DNA from: Macrostomum lignano
Lineage: Eukaryota
DNA: 64,000 nucleotides
NCBI GenBank assembly: GCA_002269645.1
Contig: NIVC01001115.1
Location: 249,403 to 313,402, forward strand
Direction: 5' to 3'
In this document: positions 42,101-53,742 of the stretch, piece by piece
Position numbering within the stretch: position 1 is the first letter of the stretch
How the letters are laid out: each line of letters begins with the position of its first letter
Position numbers and translations under genes: made by a program
Notes under the pieces: model-generated
What the model was told of the DNA's origin: nothing
Database searches by the model: none
The model's input: only the letters and a program-made list of their open reading frames with translations

Positions 42101-45100
42101 GAGAGATGAGAGGGAGAGATGAGAGAGGGGAGAGGGGATGTGGAAGGGAGAGATGAGAGAGAGATGGGAGAGATGAGAAGGAGAAATGAGAGGCAGAGAT
42201 AAGAGAGAGATGAGAGAGGAGAGAGGGGTATGTGGGAGGGAGAGATGAGATAGATGAGAGGGAGAGATGAGAGGGAGAGATGAGAGGGAGAGATGAGAGA
42301 GGGGAGAGGGGATGTGGAAGGGAGAGATGAGAGAGAGATGGGAGAGATGAGAAGGAGAAATGAGAGGCAGAGATAAGAGAGAGATGAGAGAGGAGAGAGG
42401 GGTATGTGGGAGGGAGAGATGAGAGAGATGAGAGGGAGAGATGAGAGGGAGAGATGAGAGGGAGAGATGAGAGGGAGAGATGAGAGGGAGAGATGAGATG
42501 AGAGAGATGAGAGGGAGAGATGAGAGAGGGGAGAGGGGATGTGGAAGGGAGAGATGAGAGAGAGATGGGAGAGATGAGAGGGAGAGATGAGAGGGAGAGA
42601 TGAGAGGGAGAGATGAGAGGGAGAGATGAGAGGGAGAGATGAGAGGGAGAGATGTGAGGGAGAGATGGGAGGGAGAGATGGGAGAGATGAGAGGGAGAGA
42701 TGAGAGGGAGAGATGAGAGGGAGAGATGAGAGGGGGAGATGAGAGGGAGAGATGAGAGGGAGAAGAAAAGGAGAGGAGAGGAGAGAGGGAGAGAAGAGGG
42801 ATAAGGTGGAAAGGGATGCAATACCTTAAAGTGAACATAAGCGAAAAGACTGAAGCACAGAAAGGAGCAGAAGTCGGACAGAAGACACACCTTACTGGAA
42901 GGAATCGGATGGTACAGATGGTACAGATGGTACAGAAAAGGTCAATCTACAGAAAGCTCGCACAGTCAGCAGTCTCACCTTCTCTCCTAAACGCGTAGTG
43001 CCTGAGCGCCACTGGCATGCCCGCAAACTTCCGCGAGGCCACCCTGCTGTCCAGCAGCTGCTTGAGCTCCTGCACATCCCTGTCCAGGCTGGGCACGTGA
43101 CCGATTGAAGTGAGGCGAATGTCCGCAATCACCGAGCCGGGCCTGCATTGATTGGAGGATGTTGGGGATGTTGTTTTAACGAGTGACGCCTAATTGGATG
43201 CAAGTGACGCCTAATTGGATGCAAGTGACGCCTAATTGGGTGCAAGTGACGCCTAATTGGATGCAAGTGACGCCTAATTGGATGCAAGTGACGCCTAATT
43301 GGATGCAAGTGACGCTTAATTGAATGCAAGTGACGCCTAATTGGATGCAAGTGACGCCTAATTGGATGCAAGTGACGCCTAATTGGATGCAAGTGACGCC
43401 TAATTGGATGCAAGTGACGCCTAATTGGATGCAAGTGACGCCTAATTGGATGCAAGAGACGCCTAATTGGATGCAAGTGACGCCTAATTGGATGCAAGTG
43501 ACGCCTAATTGGATGCAAGTGACGCCTAATTGGATGCAAGTGACGCCTAATTGGATGCAAGTGACGCCTAATTGGATGCAAGAGACGCCTAATTGGATGC
43601 AAGTGACGCCTAGTTGGATGCAAGTGACGCCTAATTGGATGCAAGTGACGCCTAATTGGGTGCAAGTGACGCCTAATTGGGTGCAAGTGACGCCTAATTG
43701 GGTGCAAGTGACGCCTAATTGGATGCAAGTGACGCCTAATTGGATGCAGGCGTAGCCTATGCACATGGTGCAACGGTTCCTCTAGTCAAATAAAATTGGC
43801 ACCAACGCGTTTCAGAGCATCATTAGTAATCCAATTTTCGCTCATTTTACTATTAGTAGCATCATCAGCAGTACTATTCGAGTAGAAACCGTGTTTACTT
43901 AAAAAACTCATCTCCCGGAAAATTTATAGGCACAAAAATTTCTAAAAGCAAGTAGTAAAACTAATAGAAAGCCATGCAGCTATAATACAAAGAAAGGCGC
44001 AGTCAAAGCTCAAGCACAAAATACGCTAAGCGATATACATATATAGAGTTCACAATGTTCCCATTTGTAATTCTCCCAGTTAATTGCATACGGGGATTAA
44101 GAGAAGGGAAGAGGGAGAGGCAGAGAATGGGTCGAAACCGGAGACCTGCCGGGGCGACGATGAGGCAGAGCGCCAGCTTCCTCTAAATCCTCTTCATCCA
44201 GCCCTAGACAGGACCGGCAGCCCCCTAAACCACACCGCTCTTTACCAAAACGCGCAAACAAGCCCTTCTATTTAATTGAAGATTAGCACAACTGCACTCA
44301 TGTTGGGGAAGAGCGCTCTTGAGTGTGGCCCACCAGCCCTAAGCATTCGCTTCAATGATTGAAGAGCATGCAATTTGATTTCTTTGTGCGCGCCTTTTCT
44401 TCAAGCTCATGGCGTGAAGCAACGTATGGCAAACAATGTGGCGCCCCTGACACCCAGTGCGGCGCCCCTGACATCACAATGTGGCGCCCCTGACATCCCA
44501 ATGTGGCACCCATGACATCCCAATGTGGCACCCCTGACATCCCAATGTGGCACCCCTGACATCACAATGTGGCGCCCCTGACATCCCAATGTGGCGCTCC
44601 TGACATCCCAATGTGGCGCCCCTGACATCCCAATGTGGCGCCCCTGACATCCCAATGTGGCGCCCCTGACATCCCAATGTGGCGCCCTTGACATCCCAAT
44701 GTGGCGCCCCTGAAATCCCAATGTGGCGCCCCTGATACCCAGTGTGGCGCCCCTGACAACCCAATGTGGCGCCCCTGACAACCCAATGTGGCGCCCCTGA
44801 CGCCCAAGCTGGTACTCCTGATACCCAAGTTGGAACTCCTAAAACCTAAGTTGGCACTGCTGACACTCAAGCTGGCTCTCATGACACTTAAGCTGGCACT
44901 CCTGACACCCAAGCTGGCACTCCTGACACCCAAGCTGGCACTCCTGACACCCAAGCTGGCACTCCTGACACCCAAGCTGGCACTCCTGACATATTTGGCA
45001 CTCCTGACACCCAAGCTGGCACTCCTGACATATTTGGCACTCCTGACACCCAAGCTGGCACTCCTGACATATTTGGCACTCCTGACACCCAAGCTGGAAC

Positions 45101-47148
45101 TCCTGACGGTCGAATTTAGCCGAATTGTATTTGTATCACAAATTACAACCTTACTAATTCATAAAACCGGTTCCCATAACCGGGACACAATTAGAACTCC
45201 CACTCAAGGCAACGGAGACATGCGCCCCCCTCCAATGACCTTCTTTGTGCAGACAGACGCGCCATAGTATCATATAATCTATATCACCTCTTTCTATCCC
45301 TGAATCGATTCCAACCCTGAGATTTTGAATGCCATCTCGGATTAGCGTTGATCCCCCACCGCGCCCAGGCACCCCTGTTCCTTGACTCCGCAGACTCCGC
45401 ATCCGCATCCGCATCGGGACTCAGGGTGCTCCCCCTCCCCCTCTCTCTACTGTTCTGCCCACCGCCCACCCAAATCCCCTCTGCCTCAGCCTCACTGGAG
45501 CCACGCAGGAAGTCACTCACGCCTTCTCCTTCTTCAGCCTCCCGACCCCCCCCCGCGAGGAGTTTTGAGATCTGGGCATCGCAGGCGGACTCCATCGCTC
45601 TCCCTACAGGCAGCCAGCAATCCATCACAACAAGCACAATGGGAAAAGACTTTAGGCAGAGCCCCATCCATCCATCCATTCAGTTTCTTCTGCCAGTCTA
45701 AAGTCCCAATTCAATATGCACCAGCCCTCTTCCCTCACCCCTAACTACAGATTTGCTTGGGTTCAACGGCTATGAAATCAGCTTTTAGAAGCAGTTTTTG
45801 GATTGGCAGAATCCAGTAATGCTAGTGTTATTGTTAAGCAATGGCCTGCAAAACAGCTCCACCACTCTCGTGTAAGATAAGAAGTTGAATTTTTTTCACA
45901 AAAGCAATTTTGGAATTTCAGAAAGAGTTTCGTTACGATACGAGCGTGAACTCTGTGAACTCACTTGTAGCTGAGTCAGTATAGCTGACGTTGTAAGCAG
46001 TCTCTGACTATTGATGAACCATCTGACAGCCCGTGAAACAACTATCTGACACCCCGTGAAACAACTATCTGACACCCCGTGAAACAACTATTTGACACCC
46101 CATGAAACCATCTGACACCCCATGAAACCATCTGACACCCCATGAAACCATTTGACACCCCATGAAACCATCTGACACCCCATGAAACCATCTGACACCC
46201 AATGAAACCATCTGACACCGTATCTGTCTGAAACTAAGATAGAAGAGTCTGACATTCAAAAATCAGCTTTGCACCTGATTCCACCCTGCCTGACACCCCC
46301 AAGCACTCTTGACACTCCAAGAAACCGCATCACGCCCTACAACCTCGCTTACCATACCAATACCCCTGACACCCTAAAAACCTACCTGACCTGCAAAAGC
46401 TAGCCTGACACCCCTACCAACACGTGACATCCTATGAATTCATTTGACATCCCTATTGATACTGACTGACACCCCTATTGATACTGACTGACACCCCTTT
46501 TGATACTGACTGACAAGCCTATCGATACTGACTTACACCCCTTTTGATACTGACTGACACCCCTTTTGATACTGACTGACACCCCTGTTGATACTGACTG
46601 ACACCCCTGTTGATACTGACTGACACCCCTGTTGATACTGACTGACACCCCTGTTGATACTGACTGACACCTCTGTTGATACTGACTGACACCCCATTTG
46701 ATACTGACTGACACCCCTGTTGATGCTGACTGACACCCCTGTTGATGCTGACTGACACCCTCACCGACACGGCAGACTCACCGCAGCCGCAGAACTCTCG
46801 CCATCTGCCGGCCCTGGAACTCCCTAAACAGGCCATCCAGTTCTGCCTCGATTTTCTGAGCGAACTCGTGAAAACTCGCCGAGGACTGCCGCGCCATGGA
46901 CTCCTGCCAGTTCACCTCGAAGCCCAGGCTGACAGAGAAGGCGGCCGAGCTGCAGGACATTTTCTGACTGACGGACACCGCCGTGGCTTCAATCATTTCA
47001 CCTGTCAGAACGTCGACGCAGAAGCAGGCGCCGCTGCCGCACTGCAGGTCACGGTAGAGCTCCGGGCGTTGGGACTGGCAGATTGGGCGGTAGCGGAGAC
47101 CCTGCATGGTCTGGATGACCTGGTTGGGCTGATTGGAGCAGTTGCGAC
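36167..47148 (-). CDS. Sdc: Syndecan-like type I membrane proteoglycan with thyroglobulin type-1 and SEA domains. Exons 46782-47148, 42979-43142, 41693-41748, 41427-41460, 36167-36537
   Basis: Last exon: VLAAAIAGGVGCLLLVALLAMFCIYRSRKASGGSY...KKVIYTQAATQEYFA, matching the syndecan TM GxxxG, C1 RxxKxxxGSY and C2 EFYA pattern. Upstream exons are joined by phase-consistent GT..AG introns and encode six-Cys TY (RNC..YRPIC..LQC..ACFCVD..TG..SC) and SEA (..LRLR|PGSVIADIRL..) domains. Confidence 0.8.
36806..41340. repeat. 78-bp minisatellite, about 58 copies, filling the last intron of the syndecan-like gene
   Basis: Unit attctcagtttgattgtctatggcccacagatgtcaagggctttcaagctatggagaagagcgcatggtttatagcag. 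Source of the MEKSAWFIADSQFDCLWPTDVKGFQA ORFs. Confidence 0.99.
41880..42800. repeat. GA-rich (GATGAGAGGGAGA-like) repeat with an internal about 170-bp duplication
   Basis: Almost pure purine on the plus strand. The block ggggatgtggaaggg...gggtatgtgggaggg occurs twice. Confidence 0.95.
43183..43750. repeat. 21-bp minisatellite GTGACGCCTAATTGGATGCAA, about 27 copies
   Basis: Tandem array beginning about 40 nt from the acceptor at 43143. Confidence 0.97.
44437..45105. repeat. Two abutting minisatellites: 22-bp AATGTGGCGCCCCTGACATCCC grading into 21-bp GCACTCCTGACACCCAAGCTG
   Basis: Directly visible, with the transition at about 44790. Confidence 0.95.
46015..46760. repeat. CTGACACCC-core minisatellites: 20-bp CATCTGACACCCCATGAAAC (about 46015-46220) and 22-bp TGATACTGACTGACACCCCTGT (about 46450-46760)
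   Basis: Two arrays with a degenerate spacer that retains ctgacaccc words. Confidence 0.93.
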
Positions 47149-47206
47149 CTTTGGCGGGCGGTGGGGGAGTGATTGTTGAGTTTTTGGCTCAGAAGAAGCT
47201 CAGTCT

Positions 47207-48190
47207 GGCGCCATCAACATCCTAGATTTGGCGCCATCAATATACTAGATTTGGCGCCATCAATACATTAGCTCATAGATTTGGCTACATCAATATACTA
47301 GATTGGGCGCCATCAATAAACTAGATTTAGCGCCATCACTATCCTAGATTTGGCGCCATCACTATCCTAGATTTGGCGCCATCAATATCCTAGATTTAGC
47401 GCCATCACTATCCTAGATTTGGCGCCATCAATATCCTAGATTTGGCGCCATCAATATCCTAGATTTGGCGCTATCAACATCCTAGATTTGGCGCCATCAA
47501 TATACTAGATTTGGCGCCATCAATATACTAGATTTGGCGCCATCAATATACTAGATTTGGCGCCATCAATATACTAGATTGGGCGCCATCAATAAACTAG
47601 ATTTAGCGCCATCACTATCCTAGATTTGGCGCCATCAATATCCTAGATTTGGCGCCATCAATATCCTAGATTTGGCGCTATCAACATCCTAGATTTGGCG
47701 CCATCAATATACTAGATTTGGCGCCATCAATATACTAGATTTGGTGCCATCAATATCCTAGATTTGGCGCCATCAATATCCTAGATTTGGCGCTATCAAC
47801 ATCCTAGATTTGGCGCCATCAATATACTAGATTTGGCGCCATCAATATACTAGATTTGGTGCCATCAATATACTAGATATGGCGTCATCAATACATTAGC
47901 TCATAGATATGGCGTCATCAATACATTAGCTCATAGATTTGGCGCTATCAACATCCTAGATTTGGCGCCATCAATATACTAGATTTGGTGCCATCAATAT
48001 ACTAGATTTGGCGCCATCAATATACTAGATTTGGTGCCATCAATATACTAGATTTGGCGCCATCAATATACTAGATTTGGTGCCATCAATATACTAGATT
48101 TGGTGCCATCAATATACTAGATATGGCGTCATCAATACATTAGCTCATAGATTTGGCGCCATCAATATCCTAGATTTGGCGCCATCAGTA
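47207..48190. repeat. 23-bp minisatellite CTAGATTTGGCGCCATCAATATA, about 42 copies
   Basis: Directly visible tandem array. Confidence 0.97.
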
Positions 48191-48879
48191 TCCAAGATAC
48201 AGTATTCAATGTGACAAATTCCCAGAATCATATGCCTCATCAGCCGCAGCATCAATACAGCACCGAACAGTAGCCTGTTTTAGTGTCTGCATGCTTAGCC
48301 CCAAAGCCAACCCTATTGTGAGCCCCTCTATCTACTCTACTGAGTCCGTTGCCAAAAAGGCAGAAAAATAGCCATCAAAACCCCCCTCAGCCACTCCACT
48401 TCTAAGGCCCGACACCCACACGCAGCTGTCCACCCACCCGCCTACCAAGGGCTTCTACAGTGGCCCCCTGCATGCAGTTGATGCTTGAGTCCTAACCCTC
48501 TAGCTGTAACCCCCCCAGCACTCCGCGCCCCTCACAATCAGCGGGCTATGTCAACACAAAAGAGACTCTGCATGGCCTAAACTCAAAGTTCGTTGCAACT
48601 CAACACTGCAATGACCGACCAAAGGCCAAGCAAAACAAAAAAATGTTCTACGCAATTAATAAATATAGCGATGATGGGCCCAGACAAGAATTGATTCAGT
48701 TCGGTCTTAGCAGGAGACGAAAGTCTGCGTGCACCAGCAAGTCGAGGAGAGACCGACTGACTGCACAAGGGTGCGCCTGCGCATGGACGACTAATAGTCT
48801 AGTAGAAGCCTGGTTTGGAAAGCCGAGTTTGAGTTTCACGGGACTTTTATTTAACACAGGACAAGATTTTCCACTTAGA

Positions 48880-49298
48880 GGGGGCGCTATTTTTATTTTG
48901 AGACGGGCGCCATTTCATTTTGAGACGGGCGCCATTTCATTTTGAGACGGGCGCCATTTCATTTTGAGACGGGCGCCATTTCATTTTGAGACGGGCGCCA
49001 TTTCATTTTGAGACGGGCGCCATTTCATTTTGAGACGGGCGCCATTTCACTTTGAGACGGGCGCTATTTTCATTTTGAGACGGGCGCCATTTCATTTTGA
49101 GACGGGCGCCATTTCATTTTGAGACGGGCGCCATTTCATTTTGAGACGGGCGCCATTTCATTTTGAGACGGGCGCCATTTCATTTTGAGACGGGCGCTAT
49201 TTTCATTTTGAGACGGGCGCCATTTCATTTTGAGACGGGCGCTATTTTCATTTTGAGACGGGCGCCATTTCATTTTGAGACGGGCGCCATTTCATTTT
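48880..49298. repeat. 22-bp minisatellite TTTTGAGACGGGCGCCATTTCA, about 18 copies
   Basis: Directly visible tandem array. Confidence 0.97.
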
Positions 49299-49729
49299 AA
49301 GGGTCGATAGTTTTAATTTAAAACCAAATATTACTTCTGTAGTTGAGATGAGACTAATAAAAATCTTGATCATTATATATCTCCAGTTAACTAAACAGTC
49401 GTCTATCAATGAGCTTTCAAATCCAGATTCTATCCTAAGCAGTCCTTGGCTGTGTCAGGCAGTCAAAGCAATATGCTCCAGCTTAATAAGGCGAATGGGT
49501 TAAACAGCCGTGCCCCCGCGGGTGTGAGCCTGCCCTCTGACTCGCTCATTTTACTCGGAGTTCATTGTGCGGTTTAAATGAAGAACGAAATTTAAAAATG
49601 CAAAACAAAACTTGTGAGCCTTGGAAACTTCGCAACTTGGCTTGACTGTGTAATGGAAATGATTTGTTGGAAATTTAATCTTTTCGTTAACGCATTGGTG
49701 GTGGCTGTTCTGCTTTGGACTCATTTAAT

Positions 49730-50235
49730 CCTAATTTGGCACTGCATTCAATTTTTTTTGCGCCCATTTCAATCTTAATTTGGTGCCACTTTTATATCGT
49801 AATTTGGCGCCTTTTTCAATCTTAATTTAGCGATACTTTCAATCTTAATTTGGCGCCTCTTTCAATCTTAATTTAGCATCAATGTTAAGACTTAATTTGG
49901 TGCCACTTTTATATCGTAATTTGGCGCCTATTTCAATCATAATTTGTCGCCACCTTCAAACTTAATTTAGCGCTATGTTAAGACTTAATTTGGCGCCACT
50001 TTTATATCGTAATTTGGCGGCCATTTCAATCTTAATTTGGCGCCACTTTTAAACTCAATTTAGCGCTACTTTCAATCTTAATTTGGCGCCTTTTTCAATC
50101 CCTATTTGGCGCCTCTTTCAATCTTAATTTGGCGCCCATTTCAATCTTAATTTGGTGCCCATTTCAATCTTAGTTTGGCGCCACTTTTATATTTTAATAT
50201 CTTATATCTTTAATTTTATCGGCGCCACTTTAGCG
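49730..50235. repeat. Degenerate 22-24-bp array AATCTTAATTTGGCGCCACTTTC-like
   Basis: About 20 diverged units sharing taatttggcgcc. Confidence 0.88.
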
Positions 50236-50482
50236 CCACTTTCAGATCTGATTTGTCCAACCCTTATAATAATAATTTCGACACCCTATAGTCTAATTTG
50301 ACACCATAAACTTGAATGCTGCGCCATTGAAATCAATATTGGCGCCTATCTATCCAGTTTGGCGCCACCTCCCATCCCACCCGCTTTTCTTGGCTTCATC
50401 TCCCAGCCGATCCGCTGCCAAAACAGCCTTGGTGCAGGGGTGCGCTATCAGCTTGCCAATCAGAGTGCAACCGGGGCCTTAC

Positions 50483-53119
50483 TGTTCCCGAAGCCGACAG
50501 CCTCCCACGCTGATTAGGGAAGGCCAGGGAGATGGGCGCATCTTTGGCCCAGCCAGCCAGCTTTAATACCCTGTGAATGCCGCGGAGAGAAATCTCTCAG
50601 ACCGTCAGCAGAATTTCTGTGTTTTTTCTCTCTCTCACAACTGTTTCGCTAACTAATTCACTGCGGTGAGGCTATAGGCTGCACATTGGTCAGGTCAACC
50701 TCTACTATCTCGCCCGAGAGCTGAACTTGCTCTGAGGAATAGGCAGACACAGACGGGCAGACAGGTTAGGCAGCCGAAGCTATTACAATATTTTTATCAG
50801 AGAGGCTCAATGTAGCTGGTATTTTTTTAACGCTACAGCTCCAACAACGCAGAAGGTTTTATAGTCCCTACATGTAGGGCCTGGTGCGCGATAATGCAGT
50901 TAAAAATTTTCAGTATATATTATACTGTCTCACAGAGGCCTGCTGATTGCTACTTCAACAAATTCTTTTAGCTTATAGCTATCAATTTTCTGTCTACCCT
51001 CTCCCACTGTAAACTCTGTATCCCCCCCCTGCCGCAGCGGAATAATGTGCCGACAAATTAATTGACATTGGCAACGGTGCCGCGCTACCCCCGGCTAAAC
51101 TCCTATACAATCTTATTCTATTGCTTTGGCAAAGGCAAGCCGCCGCCACGGCCCACCTCCCCTAATCCTCCTTGACAGCATCATTCTGGATGCCTGACAG
51201 GTGGAGAGAGGCTGGGCATCCCGACCCATTCAGCCCACCCGCCTCTCTGCACAGTGATAAATCAATTATTAGATTTTTTTATATAGATCCATTGCTAACA
51301 AACTGCTGGGGTATTTATTGGCTCGGAGCCTCTACATCAATATATATCCTTATACATAGGAAGCAAGTATTTCCTTGTTGTTCCCAGAAACATTCAATTT
51401 GCCATGAGGACATAACTAAATTTTCTATATGCACTGTTTTATTGAATAGCTAATAAAATAATTTTGTTTTTCCAACAATTTTACGACCTCCAATAGAAAT
51501 ATTATTGATCTCGGCATCAATGCGAATGGGGAGATATCTAGCTGATAATGGTTGTAGAATTTGGCAATTCGATTCTATGGCCACACCTCACTTTACCCGA
51601 TGATGTTTTCACTGTCTATGGCCACAATTCACTTTACCCGATGGAGTTTTTACTGTCTATGGCAACACTTCACTTTACCCGATGATGTTTTCACTGTCTA
51701 TGGCCACACTTCACTTTACCCGATGATTTTTTCACTGTCTATGGCCACACTTCACTTTACCCGATGAAGTTTCACTGTTTATGGCCACAATTCATTTTAA
51801 TCGATGGAGTTTCATTGTCTATGGCCACACATCACTTTACCCAATGGAGTTTTACTGTCTATGGCCACGCATCACTTTACCCGATAGAGTTTCACTGTTT
51901 ATGGCCATAATTCATTTTACCCGATGGAGTTTCACTGTCTATGGCCACACCTCACTTTACCCGATGGAGTTTCATTGTCTATTGTCACACCTCACTTTAC
52001 CCAATGGAGTTTTACTGTCTATGGCTACACCTCACTTTACCCAATGGTGTTTCACTGTCTATGGCTACACCTCACTTTACCCAACAGAGATTAACTCAAA
52101 AGCTACGCACCATTGTTGGCCGGCGTCGGCCTAGGCTGCCACGGCTGCCAGGGCTTTGCCGTCGACGTACGGGCAACAGGCAGTTCTATGCGTACAGTCG
52201 GCCGCTGGGTCCAAGGACCCCCCACGGTGGCATTCGGCTGGTGCGGCGCGGGCGGCCAGGCATCGCCGGACGAGGCGCCACCGAGGGGCCCCAATGGCCA
52301 AGGCCGGTCACCGCTTGCACCGCCGGCTTTGGCCACCGCCAGGTCCTCGTCGTCGCTGGTTGACGCGTCCGGTGGGCGAGGCGGCGGCTGCGGCGGCGGC
52401 GCCAAGCCTGACGTGGCGCCTCCGCCAGGTCCGGGGCTCTTGAAATTGTTTTCGTCAGTCAAATTGCGTTAAATTGGTAATTTTTTGGCTTCTTAGAAAA
52501 TATCTATTTTGCATGTAAGGCTAATTATGGTGAAAGATAATACACTGGATGTTAATTGGAAGAAAAGTGAATTAAGTACGAGTAAGTAAAAATCATATTT
52601 TATTAATGTATTAATTCAAAGCTAAGCTTAAAAATGCTAAATACTTTTTGTTTCTTTTTTAGTACTTTAGCTAAGCCACTATACACTGAAGCTATGCTAA
52701 TAAACTAAGGCAAAAGCTTTAGTCCATATCGAGGATCAGTCAGTCGTATGTTCATTCTTTACCCCAGACGTAATGCTAGGATATATATTTTTGTTTTAAG
52801 CCAACGACAATAAAATTTATTGAAGCAGACTTTAACAGTAATAGTTAAAAACCTGCCTGAATTTTTTAGAAAATAAAATAATATTTTATTTATTAAAAGA
52901 CTAAGGGAAAAGTATTATTTTTTTACCGAAATACATTTTAATGTTTAATGACATTATAAGATTGTTGCGTTCAATTAAAACTGCTACTTTTTAATAAAAC
53001 TTATGCAAGCTTAAGCTTATACATTTTTTGAACATTTTTTGAACACTTAAATAATTTTCAACTCATTTATTAACTTACCAGCTTGGGTAGCATTCGCAGT
53101 GGTGGCAGCGTGGCAGGTC
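50483..53119 (-). CDS. Probable N-terminal ectodomain exons of the syndecan-like gene: 53079-53119, 52111-52438, 50483-50509
   Basis: Phases chain 1>0, 0>1 and 1>1 into the TY exon (phase 1). The 52.1-52.4 kb exon is Pro/Gly-rich with Ser-Gly sites near acidic residues (ATSG, DASTSDDEDL, ASGD, SSGD), as in glycosaminoglycan attachment regions. The 27-nt exon has a strong ctaatcag acceptor and gtaagg donor. The signal-peptide exon is not securely identified. Confidence 0.5.
51570..52085. repeat. About 40-bp minisatellite CTATGGCCACACCTCACTTTACCCGATGGAGTTTCACTGT-like, about 13 copies
   Basis: Diverged tandem array starting about 25 nt from the proposed donor at 52110. Confidence 0.93.
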
Positions 53120-53337
53120 CTAAACTACCAACAACGAATTGAAAGACAGTGACAAAAACCAGAAAAATAGGCGCTGCTAAATACATTTTTATTAAGAGTG
53201 GTAAAGTAAAATATTATATGTTAAAAACTGAGCTTCCTCTAAGTCTGGGTGTATTTATACTTGCTTATTTTCTCAAAGATCCTATAAACCAAAAATGAAA
53301 ATCTTGCTTGCTTGTGCCTTCACGCTTCTTAGTTTGA

Positions 53338-53349
53338 TTTCGCGCCAAA
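53338..53349. promoter_or_regulatory. Overlapping double E2F-type site TTTCGCGCCAAA
   Basis: Matches TTTSSCGC on both strands, in a CpG-containing island between the glycosyltransferase 3' end and exon 53079-53119. Motif match only. Confidence 0.3.
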
Positions 53350-53537
53350 ATTTTAGAATTGCGTGCAAATTGGTCAAAATGAACGCGAAAACAGTCTGCG
53401 GAAACTGTCGTTATTTATCGTTAATCTTTCTGCTTTCAGCTTTGGCAATTTTATGGATTGCGTATTTAGAATAGTCCGCTACTCCGCTTAATAATGTTTT
53501 ACCATACTTCAAAAACTTCATGCAGTATTACTTGATA

Positions 53538-53543
53538 TTTATT
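53538..53543 (-). terminator. Candidate polyadenylation signal of the glycosyltransferase gene
   Basis: AATAAA on the minus strand about 200 nt after the stop at 53743. Confidence 0.35.
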
Positions 53544-53742
53544 TTCAACAAAATTCTACACGGCCATGACTACTAATATAAAATTGGACAGGTGTGGATC
53601 AATGGTCAAATGAGAGTTTTCTTCTCATTGCTCAAAATATATAATAGTTAGTGGTGTTTTCACTTTTGAAAATATAGAAAATATCAAATGGCTGATTATC
53701 TAGCTATATTTATATGTTGTTACCTTAGGAAGTAACTTATTA

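Noticed and set aside
41780-42890. Ser/Leu/Pro-rich proteins (also 60638-61434)
   Set aside because: Translation artefacts of GA/TC-rich repeats.
45284-45744. GC-rich ORFs as an additional syndecan exon
   Set aside because: The flanking exons join directly to form the SEA motif, so an insertion here would break the domain. No recognisable product on either strand.
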